A stretch of 64,000 nucleotides of DNA from a virus (Duplodnaviria > Caudoviricetes): positions 22,938 to 86,937 of the IMG/VR virus record IMGVR_UViG_3300041986_000079. The stretch is one strand, 5' to 3'. Both the position numbers and the translations under genes were made by a program. The notes beneath the pieces are model-generated. The model did no database searches. It saw nothing but the letters and a program-made list of their open reading frames with translations, and was not told where the DNA came from. Below, in pieces: positions 57,080 through 64,000 of the stretch (its first letter is position 1; each line of letters begins with the position of its first letter).

Positions 57080-57463
57080 CTAGATATTAGTAACGTGATC
57101 AAGTTTCTTATCACGTATCTCTCTAACTAGCTTTCTTCCTTCTCCTGGTTTATACAACCAAGACTTAGTATCCATAAGATCTAAGTAATCTTTTATTGTT
57201 GGTATCCAACCAAGATCTTCCATGATATGTTGTTCACCAAGAACTCTTGTTGGAACCATCTTACCACTTGAGTTAACAATAAATACACCAAACTCTTTCT
57301 CAGCCCAGAAGATACCTTCTGAGTGATGTCTTAGAGCTCTATGTCTCATGTCTGGATAATGTTGTTTGGTTTCATCAAACCATTCGTGAAGTGGAAGATA
57401 TTCAACGTAAGTTCCTCCGTGTTTACGAGCTGATGAAATAGCGTGATGAAGGGGATGACTCAT
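57080..57463 (-). CDS. DUF6915-like His-rich protein (127 aa)
   Basis: HPLHHAISSARKHGG...LHEWFDETK...RHRALRHHSEGIF...GEQHIMEDLG.IPT..DYL. Confidence 0.65.
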   Translation of the reverse strand: MSHPLHHAISSARKHGGTYVEYLPLHEWFDETKQHYPDMRHRALRHHSEGIFWAEKEFGVFIVNSSGKMVPTRVLGEQHIMEDLGWIPTIKDYLDLMDTKSWLYKPGEGRKLVREIRDKKLDHVTNI

Positions 57464-58056
57464 TTTTTTTCTTTGTTTAAGTTATTATACAATCTTTTTG
57501 CCCATAAGATAAACTCATGGTAATCTAAATCCATTTTTGCTCTGTTACATACTTTACAGCAAGGTACAGTATTATCAGTTGTGTAGTGTAAAGAAGAATT
57601 GATTCTATCAACGCCGTTATATATTACTGGTACTCCAGATCTAATCTCATCTGTACCAGTTTTAGTTAATTTATATACTTGCGAAGGTTTTACACCACAA
57701 TAGTGACAATCTTGTGTAGTAAGATATTTAAACTCTTCATACGTAAGGTGAAACTCTAAGTTTCTTTCTCTAGCATGTTTTTTATAAACGTAAAGTAAAG
57801 CTTTATAACCTACTTCAGGATCGCGTTTATTTTGATATAATGATTTATAAGTACGACATGGATATTTTCCACAACAAACAGTTGTACCATTCATTATATT
57901 ACCTACTTGAGCTTCCCATTCTTTACCACACTTACATTTAACTTTAATCTTTCGTTGTCTATGTCTAGTACCTTCTCCAAGATAAGTTAATAATGTAGAT
58001 TGACCTGTTTTTGTTTTAATGATTTCACCTAATGTGAATACGTGTTTATGTTTCAT
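57460..58056 (-). CDS. HNH/His-Cys homing-endonuclease-like protein
   Basis: CKCGK..CCG N-terminal motif, CHYCG, NGVDRINS..HY..DNTVPCCKVCNRAK. Confidence 0.8.
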   Translation of the reverse strand: MKHKHVFTLGEIIKTKTGQSTLLTYLGEGTRHRQRKIKVKCKCGKEWEAQVGNIMNGTTVCCGKYPCRTYKSLYQNKRDPEVGYKALLYVYKKHARERNLEFHLTYEEFKYLTTQDCHYCGVKPSQVYKLTKTGTDEIRSGVPVIYNGVDRINSSLHYTTDNTVPCCKVCNRAKMDLDYHEFILWAKRLYNNLNKEKK

Positions 58057-58110
58057 AAGATTATATTATTATACATTAGTAATATATAACAATATAAGCA
58101 CATAAACAAA

Positions 58111-58524
58111 TTACTCTTTACGTTTTAAATCAAGTGCTATAGCATCTTTTTCTGATAATTTATTATGAATATAATCATGGCAGTTTCTACAAACAGCTTT
58201 CCAAGTATTCATTACTAAATAATACTTACTTCTATCTTTACCAGAATAAAGATGGTGTATATCAGTAGCACCAATAGTACATCCTGCAAGACGAGCTTGA
58301 CAAAACGGATGCAAAGCAAAGAAAGCTACACGCTTACGCTCATACTCCGACATTGTCTTACTCATCTTTTTTGATACAGGATTTGGCTTACTTGTTGGTT
58401 TTGCCAAAGCTTTTGGACGCTCAATAGAATACCAGCAGTCTTTGCAGTACTTCTCTTTTCCATGAGCTTTCCATATTACCTTCATCTGATTACATCCGTT
58501 GCATAACTTTTGCTTTGGGATCAT
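58111..58524 (-). CDS. HNH nuclease with N-terminal Zn finger (NinG/Rap-like)
   Basis: CNGC...CKDC, then CQARLAGC...DIHH...CRNCHDYIH. Confidence 0.7.
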   Translation of the reverse strand: MIPKQKLCNGCNQMKVIWKAHGKEKYCKDCWYSIERPKALAKPTSKPNPVSKKMSKTMSEYERKRVAFFALHPFCQARLAGCTIGATDIHHLYSGKDRSKYYLVMNTWKAVCRNCHDYIHNKLSEKDAIALDLKRKE

Positions 58525-59027
58525 ATTACAAAGAAGTTTTCTGGTAGTAAACTTTCTGCAACAAGAACTTGAGCAAGAGTATACTTATCAATACCAAGAG
58601 TTTTAAAGCTTAAGGTATTAGGAGTAGTTACTTCACCGTTCTTGTAAGAAGAAAAGTCTTTTGCTAGTTTCGACTTTGGAAACCATGCTTTCATAAGACG
58701 ACTAACATACTCATTTGTCTTTTTATTCTTAAATGCTGTAATAACATCTTGAGCTTTGTGATGAATGATTGATACATCTTTCTTTGCTCTTTTTGTCATA
58801 TGTTCTAACTCTTCTGTGTGAAACGAAGATAGACCATACACAACACGTTTGTATAAAACCTGTTGTTGTGTTGTAAATTCACGATATACTCGTGTTGTGT
58901 TTACTTTTCTAATTCGTTGATTAGATTCTTCCGTGTAGTGATACGGAACGCTTGTAAAGTTTGCTGCCCCTACTCGGTATATTACAATACCGTTCTTGTT
59001 TGCTGAGACTACTTCTAGCTTTTTCAT
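58521..59027 (-). CDS. hypothetical basic protein (168 aa)
   Basis: ORF coupled (ATGA) to the next gene. Confidence 0.6.
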   Translation of the reverse strand: MKKLEVVSANKNGIVIYRVGAANFTSVPYHYTEESNQRIRKVNTTRVYREFTTQQQVLYKRVVYGLSSFHTEELEHMTKRAKKDVSIIHHKAQDVITAFKNKKTNEYVSRLMKAWFPKSKLAKDFSSYKNGEVTTPNTLSFKTLGIDKYTLAQVLVAESLLPENFFVI

Positions 59028-59047
59028 GTGTGAGATGATTTAAAGAT

Positions 59048-59075
59048 AAAAAGGAGGAATCACTATGACTCCTCC
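59048..59075 (-). terminator. rho-independent terminator
   Basis: GGAGGAATCA-cta-TGACTCCTCC stem with a T5 tail on the - strand. Confidence 0.65.
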
Positions 59076-59087
59076 CTAAACTACATA

Positions 59088-59603
59088 TTATAAAACTGCT
59101 TGCTTTTCAAAGTTATCGACAGCTTGTTCGTTACTTTCACGATGCTTTCTCAATAACATTTTTCTTGCTGTTACTTCTGCTTTCTTTACAGTACGGATTT
59201 CATCAGCACAATCTTCGTCATGCATAATTAAGATATCTTCTGCTGACTCATTACGAGTATAGAATGTATCTCTGTAAATAGGTTCGCCACCAATATTACA
59301 TACGATACCAGTATCACCAGCAACTTTAAGATGCTTTTCTGGATTCTCGCTGTTAAATGGTTCTAAAGATTCTTTTACAATAATCTTACCTGGAAGGGGC
59401 ATACCTTGTGTAAACTTTGCGTTTACTAAATCAGTTACTAAACCCTTCAATAAAGTTGAACGGCGAACTACTCTTAACCAACCGCTTTCGCTGATTTGGT
59501 GTACTTCTTGCTCTAGACGTACATAACCGTACTCTGGATTGTTTGGTGAGATGTTAACTACGTTACCAAACTCATCTGCTACTACTCTTACTTTTGTGGA
59601 CAT
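59088..59603 (-). CDS. hypothetical protein (171 aa)
   Basis: Clean ORF flanked by terminators. Confidence 0.65.
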   Translation of the reverse strand: MSTKVRVVADEFGNVVNISPNNPEYGYVRLEQEVHQISESGWLRVVRRSTLLKGLVTDLVNAKFTQGMPLPGKIIVKESLEPFNSENPEKHLKVAGDTGIVCNIGGEPIYRDTFYTRNESAEDILIMHDEDCADEIRTVKKAEVTARKMLLRKHRESNEQAVDNFEKQAVL

Positions 59604-59635
59604 ATTATTTATTAGTTTAAGTTATTTACAAGGAC

Positions 59636-59670
59636 AAAAAAAATCCTACCCAGCAAGACCAGGTAGGATT
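59636..59670 (-). terminator. rho-independent terminator
   Basis: AATCCTACC/GGTAGGATT stem with a T8 tail on the - strand. Confidence 0.75.
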
Positions 59671-59691
59671 ATTAAAACAATAATATAATGT

Positions 59692-59946
59692 TTACTCTTC
59701 AACTATATCAGGTAAGTCAAGATCAGTTGGTTTGATCTTATCCTCAAAAGATATCTGTGTTAAATCTTCTATCTCAGGTATATCGGGGTAGGACTTAGTG
59801 CTAGTCAATACTGATCCAAACCATGGATCCTCTACCTCTTCTCCGTAGTTGTTTGCCATTAAGTCTTGAAAGTCATCGTCTGTCATATCACAGAACTGTT
59901 CTGTTGACATCTCAATAATCTTTCCGTTTGGCATCTGATAAATCAT
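59692..59946 (-). CDS. small acidic protein (84 aa, MIYQMPNGKIIEMS...)
   Basis: Start moved to MIYQ, downstream of a TATATTTG element. Confidence 0.6.
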   Translation of the reverse strand: MIYQMPNGKIIEMSTEQFCDMTDDDFQDLMANNYGEEVEDPWFGSVLTSTKSYPDIPEIEDLTQISFEDKIKPTDLDLPDIVEE

Positions 59947-59967
59947 ATATAGGCATAGTAAGTAATG

Positions 59968-59975
59968 CAAATATA
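59968..59975 (-). promoter_or_regulatory. -7 element TATATTTG
   Basis: + strand CAAATATA, 21 nt upstream of the ATG at 59946. The nearest TTTG is only 15 nt away, which is non-canonical. Confidence 0.45.
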
Positions 59976-60040
59976 TAAGTTACTTTTCACCAAAAAAGGC
60001 TATAATAAACGAACAATGGACTATAGAGCTATACCATCAA

Positions 60041-60196
60041 CTATTTTTTGCGACGCATATCACTAACAACACGTTTCCAATAAGCATTCGTTCTATTAAT
60101 TGCTTCTTGACGTTTGTCTAGTTCTACTCTTGCTTCTGCTAACTCTTGTTTTAGATCACGTACTTGTCGTGACTGGAAAAAATCTAGTAATCCCAT
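60041..60196 (-). CDS. 51-aa coiled-coil peptide MGLLDFFQSRQ..., not in ORF track
   Basis: Read by hand; TAATG overlap with the upstream gene. Confidence 0.55.
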   Translation of the reverse strand: MGLLDFFQSRQVRDLKQELAEARVELDKRQEAINRTNAYWKRVVSDMRRKK

Positions 60197-60786
60197 TATT
60201 TATTATTTTTAGTTATCTGTTTATAAACAGCACTAAGACTACCTCCAATAACCACTGGATCAGTTTTCTTTGCTGACATCTTGCTGTTCTTTGTTAATGT
60301 AACTATATCAACTAAGTTACCTTCTGCGTTTACAGCTTTACCTTTTCTTATTAGATTAAAGGCACTTACCATATCTTCATTCTCAGATTGATAATGTAAG
60401 AAGAGTATCTCTTTTGGTTTGACATCTTTTATGTCTTCTTCAGTAATCTCTTCTACTGGTTTTCCCTCTAGCTTATCTGTTGGAAGAGTTCTTACCATTC
60501 CTACATAAGCAAAGATTGAACCAACTACGTTAAACTTATCTTTTGCAAGCTTATCACCTAGCTTAGGTAATATATCTTCCATAAGAAAAGCTTTCGAGTC
60601 TCTTGTTTCTAGTAATCTATCTGGTAAAGGACAGATCATTAAGTGATCTCTTTCAGTCTCATCTTTTGCTTCATTTTTTTGAGCAATAATACCTATTGTA
60701 GGAGATAGTTCTCCGTCATCAACAAGCATCTTTTCCATGAGATCTTTAAACTCATTAATCAACAGTGTTATCTTTGATTTTTTCAT
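60196..60786 (-). CDS. hypothetical protein (196 aa)
   Basis: ORF tiles the block. Confidence 0.6.
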   Translation of the reverse strand: MKKSKITLLINEFKDLMEKMLVDDGELSPTIGIIAQKNEAKDETERDHLMICPLPDRLLETRDSKAFLMEDILPKLGDKLAKDKFNVVGSIFAYVGMVRTLPTDKLEGKPVEEITEEDIKDVKPKEILFLHYQSENEDMVSAFNLIRKGKAVNAEGNLVDIVTLTKNSKMSAKKTDPVVIGGSLSAVYKQITKNNK

Positions 60787-60795
60787 ACTGTTTGT

Positions 60796-61344
60796 TTAAA
60801 TCCACCATCTTGGTGAGTATTCAGCGATTATTTTATAAGCTAATCGTCTAGCTTTTGAATGCATAATCTCAGACATGTAGTTACCTATCATAAATCTAGA
60901 CTTATCACTACCATGTTCTGAACTACTCTTCATACTATGCCATTTGACTGCTTCTTTATATGCTCTTGGATACTTATCAAAGTATTCACCAAGGTTGTCG
61001 AAGTTAGTCGTTGCAGTAAAGTGTCCATGGGCATCGATATTATAATCTGCACCATAGTACTTATCTAACTCATTGTGGTAGTAACCAGTTTGTACTCGAT
61101 ATAGTAACTTATGAGCTATTTTAATCTCTCTTAGTTCACGTTCTGAACCATACTTAGCATTGAATAACTCAAAGTTGTTAGTCATACGGGCAAGCTGATC
61201 TGTTACTAATCGCTCTAAGTATAAATAATCCCAAGGATTACAGTCATAGATCCTTGGTATCCAATACCATAGATTGCTTATAAGCGTATATACTCGATGT
61301 TTCCAGTATATTAGCTTTAGTTGTATCTCCTTTAACTTATTCAT
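60796..61344 (-). CDS. hypothetical protein (182 aa)
   Basis: ORF tiles the block; aromatic-rich. Confidence 0.6.
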   Translation of the reverse strand: MNKLKEIQLKLIYWKHRVYTLISNLWYWIPRIYDCNPWDYLYLERLVTDQLARMTNNFELFNAKYGSERELREIKIAHKLLYRVQTGYYHNELDKYYGADYNIDAHGHFTATTNFDNLGEYFDKYPRAYKEAVKWHSMKSSSEHGSDKSRFMIGNYMSEIMHSKARRLAYKIIAEYSPRWWI

Positions 61345-61645
61345 TGCTTATTGCTAATAAGAGCAGCTTTGTTGCTACTCGTTCATATACCATCCAAAAC
61401 TCTTCAGCTGTTATCTCAACATGGAGCTGTATGTTTACTGCAAAGTTTGCATTGCATGTACTTGCTATCTCTCCTGGCATACTTTTTGGTATCCAACCAG
61501 TCTTAGCTCCTTCATCATTAAACTCTTTTACTTCTAATACGTTACCTGTATCTTCATGTAAGCCAACATAGTTATAGATCAGTGTTGAGTTGCTGCTAAT
61601 ATAGTTAATACCAAACTTAGTATACTCATTTCTTTGATTACTCAT
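61337..61645 (-). CDS. hypothetical protein (~102 aa)
   Basis: Start moved to MSNQRNEY. Confidence 0.5.
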   Translation of the reverse strand: MSNQRNEYTKFGINYISSNSTLIYNYVGLHEDTGNVLEVKEFNDEGAKTGWIPKSMPGEIASTCNANFAVNIQLHVEITAEEFWMVYERVATKLLLLAISNE

Positions 61646-61658
61646 AGTTTTTTGCAAG

Positions 61659-62531
61659 TTAAAAAATATATCTGATATTAGATACATCAAAGTACTGACC
61701 ATACACATTCTTAAACTTAAGAATCGCTTGAGGCTTTATATGGTTTGCATAACGCAAGTTAATGCCACCATACTCTGATTTCTTGTACTCTTGTATGTCT
61801 GGATTATATAGTAACAAGTTAATGCGTTGACCTTCATTTGTCTCTTGATTACGCTTTGCTTGTATGTCACTATATGTCATAAAGATACATTCACAAGGTA
61901 CGTCAATACCTAGATTCTTTAGTTGATTAAATAACTTAGCATACTGAATTAACCAACCAGTCTCGTCTCTAATAACAATAGGAGAGAAGTTTATATGTAC
62001 TTCAAACTTCTTTTGTAGACTCTTTATAGAATCAATCCTCTTATCTATACGAGTTGTATTAGGTTCAAGTAACTCTGAGTACATCTGAGGCATTAAAGAT
62101 ACTCTAATACGATTCTTTGCAGGATCTATAATATAGTCATCAAGTGGAAATCTATTAGGATACTTTGTTGCAAACGTACTCTTTAGTTTTGGATGGTCAT
62201 TAAAAAAGCTAAACACTCTTTGCCAGTCATAATGCTTATGATGTAAAGCAATGTCAGTACTACAGCCTATGTCGATGGTATAGTATTTCTCATCACACTG
62301 ATTAGGTTCTTTTGGCCAAGGCTGAGCTTCTACCCAGTGATCTATACTCATTAGTATCTGATCAATATTATCGTTAATATAGACTGTTGTATCATTAAAT
62401 CGTCCAACATAACAGTATGATACCATACATCCTCCTGCGCAGCCATAAATAAAGTTGGGAGAAACAGCATCGCTACTCCTCCCATTTGGTTTTGTGACTA
62501 ATGTTTTAGTCTTCTGATGTTTGAATATCAT
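61659..62531 (-). CDS. spore photoproduct lyase-like radical SAM protein (~290 aa)
   Basis: PNFIYGCAGGCMVSYCYV, DIGCSTDI, FATKYP, RIRVSLMP, LEPNT...RI, VHINFSPIV. Start moved to MIFKHQK. Confidence 0.75.
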   Translation of the reverse strand: MIFKHQKTKTLVTKPNGRSSDAVSPNFIYGCAGGCMVSYCYVGRFNDTTVYINDNIDQILMSIDHWVEAQPWPKEPNQCDEKYYTIDIGCSTDIALHHKHYDWQRVFSFFNDHPKLKSTFATKYPNRFPLDDYIIDPAKNRIRVSLMPQMYSELLEPNTTRIDKRIDSIKSLQKKFEVHINFSPIVIRDETGWLIQYAKLFNQLKNLGIDVPCECIFMTYSDIQAKRNQETNEGQRINLLLYNPDIQEYKKSEYGGINLRYANHIKPQAILKFKNVYGQYFDVSNIRYIF

Positions 62532-62808
62532 CTGGCTTCTTTTTACGGTTATGTAACTCAGCTTCAGCTTCAAACTGTGCTTTATCTAACATCATATCGA
62601 TATCGTCCTTTACAGTTGAGCACTGATTAATCATTCTCTGAACAACATAAGGTTGTAGTCCATGATACATTACTTCAACTTCAAAGTCTTTATCAGAAAA
62701 CAGATTGATCATCTGCTCTTCACTGATATCAAGTACAACAAAGTGCTTATACTTATTAGTTATTATATTCCACAGAATATTTAGTTTAACTACTAGTTTT
62801 GTCATCAT
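62506..62808 (-). CDS. hypothetical protein (100 aa)
   Basis: ORF overlaps both neighbours in the same direction. Confidence 0.55.
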   Translation of the reverse strand: MMTKLVVKLNILWNIITNKYKHFVVLDISEEQMINLFSDKDFEVEVMYHGLQPYVVQRMINQCSTVKDDIDMMLDKAQFEAEAELHNRKKKPDDIQTSED

Positions 62809-63037
62809 CTATATTATTATTATGTAATCTAACAAGGTATTCAGCAAGTTCTTTGCTAAGTTCACCTGGACGCACTACTGTATACTCTTGTCCTGTATCA
62901 ATCATTTGATACTCGCTATACAGAATAGGTTCAATAGGTACAATAGTTCTACACCAGCATTCTTCACCTTGACCACAAGTAGATACTTTCCATTTTACTA
63001 TAAGAGATAACTCTTGTGCTTCTTCGTATGTCATCAT
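62786..63037 (-). CDS. hypothetical protein with C-x5-C-x-C motif (83 aa)
   Basis: KWKVSTCGQGEECWCRTI; ATGA-coupled. Confidence 0.55.
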   Translation of the reverse strand: MMTYEEAQELSLIVKWKVSTCGQGEECWCRTIVPIEPILYSEYQMIDTGQEYTVVRPGELSKELAEYLVRLHNNNIDDDKTSS

Positions 63038-63444
63038 GGTTTAAGTTTAGACAACTCTTTTTCAAGTTCAGCGATTCTTTCCTGTTTTACAGCAGTTGTT
63101 ATTCTCTCAAGCTCTTTTTTAAGCTCCTCTACAACATTTAGGTTATCTGCAACCATCTTGTCTATTCGAGGTTTGTTAAAATAGAAGTAATGGTAAACTT
63201 CAACTTCTGGTCCATATACAGTGTGCTCTACTACTATTTCAGCTTTACTTTTAGTACCTGTACGAAAGTAAATAGTATAAAGCGGATGAAAACTATTGAA
63301 CCACGAGTTGTCATCACGATATATTTTAACATTACCAATATGAATAGAGGACGTAGGTAAAGGATTATCTTCTGTGTCATACTTTCGTATTTCAGTACGT
63401 ATCTCTTCTGCTATCTTAAGCAAGGCTTTTAGTTGTTCTCTCAT
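63034..63444 (-). CDS. hypothetical protein (136 aa)
   Basis: ATGA-coupled ORF. Confidence 0.55.
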   Translation of the reverse strand: MREQLKALLKIAEEIRTEIRKYDTEDNPLPTSSIHIGNVKIYRDDNSWFNSFHPLYTIYFRTGTKSKAEIVVEHTVYGPEVEVYHYFYFNKPRIDKMVADNLNVVEELKKELERITTAVKQERIAELEKELSKLKP

Positions 63445-63707
63445 TTTTCTTGTTTTTTACGTGGAACATTATTTACGGTGATGTGTTTACTCTCACCCTT
63501 TCTGGCTTTTTTAATCTCAGTATGGATATCAGTACCAGCATCTTCAAGTTTTTGTAGTAGTTCAAAGATTCTTTGTTTTCTTTGCTCCTCTTCTTTACCA
63601 CCAAAAACATAGTAGTCTAATAAAGCTCCAAAGATTCCTGGAGGTACTGGCAAACACCATCCTGCTAATAGTATAGCAAGGATTAACATTAAATAAGGTG
63701 ATTCCAT
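63441..63707 (-). CDS. small membrane protein (88 aa)
   Basis: N-terminal hydrophobic segment. Start moved to the TAATG-coupled MESPY. Confidence 0.5.
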   Translation of the reverse strand: MESPYLMLILAILLAGWCLPVPPGIFGALLDYYVFGGKEEEQRKQRIFELLQKLEDAGTDIHTEIKKARKGESKHITVNNVPRKKQEK

Positions 63708-64000
63708 TACCAAAGTGCTTTAACTCTCTTTACTGCCCAAGTATATCTACTCTTATTATTCAAACGAAAGTAGTAGTGACCTCCTGTTTGTGTAGCTTTA
63801 TGTCTAAACTGCCACATAGTAGTGTTACGTAGTTCTTGAATAATATCCTCATTACCAGACCAACCTAGTGTATGGATCTCTAAAAGACCATGCTTATAAA
63901 CAATACCATCGTCATAATACCATATAGATCGGATATACTCAATAAGGTCTGTAAAGTCAAGATTCTTGTAATACTTACCTAAGACATAAGTACCGTTAAC
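63707..64000 (-). CDS. 5'-truncated hypothetical protein (...GWSGNEDII...GGHYYF...)
   Basis: Read by hand: open from the window edge to TAA at 63709-63707. Confidence 0.6.
   Translation of the reverse strand, partial: VNGTYVLGKYYKNLDFTDLIEYIRSIWYYDDGIVYKHGLLEIHTLGWSGNEDIIQELRNTTMWQFRHKATQTGGHYYFRLNNKSRYTWAVKRVKALW

Noticed and set aside
27281-62830. Further TATATTATT copies (27281, 58062, 62810) as late promoters
   Set aside because: They are the reverse complement of A-rich translation-start regions or coding sequence of - strand genes, with no + strand gene downstream.
1-64000. Stop-codon reassignment (TAG or TGA), known in some crAss-like phages
   Set aside because: Genes tile densely under code 11, including a 14.6-kb ORF, and TAG and TGA both end intact genes with coupled downstream starts.
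24903-64000. tRNA genes, integrase or att sites
   Set aside because: The intergenic spaces are short, their hairpins are terminator-like rather than cloverleaf, and no recombinase motifs were found.

Overview
The window is a 64-kb internal segment of a large, AT-rich, lytic-type dsDNA phage genome. It is most consistent with a crAss-like (Crassvirales-related) phage of a Bacteroidota host. Support: a giant virion protein with the RNA polymerase signature GFRIPTQ...GSDFDIDK, a family-B DNA polymerase/primase/DnaB block, Bacteroidota-type TTTG-N18/19-TAnnTTTG promoters, and a T9SS-CTD-like domain. There are four gene blocks. (1) 1-24.9 kb (+): four very large internal virion/ejection proteins, including a 4866-aa RNAP polyprotein with zincin-like, ASCH-like and RecD/Dda-like helicase modules. 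(2) 24.9-37.4 kb (-): nucleotide metabolism, replication and recombination. (3) 37.5-49.5 kb (+): tail-fibre-like gene, FkbM methyltransferase and GT32 glycosyltransferase, lysis genes, and an eight-gene tightly coupled envelope cassette. The cassette holds two CsgG-like paralogs, a cohesin/dockerin protein, a lipoprotein that is little more than a T9SS-CTD-like domain, and a Ser/Ala-stalked beta-barrel-like protein. (4) 49.5-64 kb (-): MoxR AAA+/vWA pair, UDG, SF2 helicase, DUF cluster, HNH nucleases, a spore-photoproduct-lyase-like radical SAM enzyme and small hypothetical genes. The standard genetic code is used. I saw no tRNA, rRNA, CRISPR array, integrase, capsid, portal or terminase gene. 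The tetramer AATT is strongly depleted. All family names come from motif recognition by eye; no database search was run.
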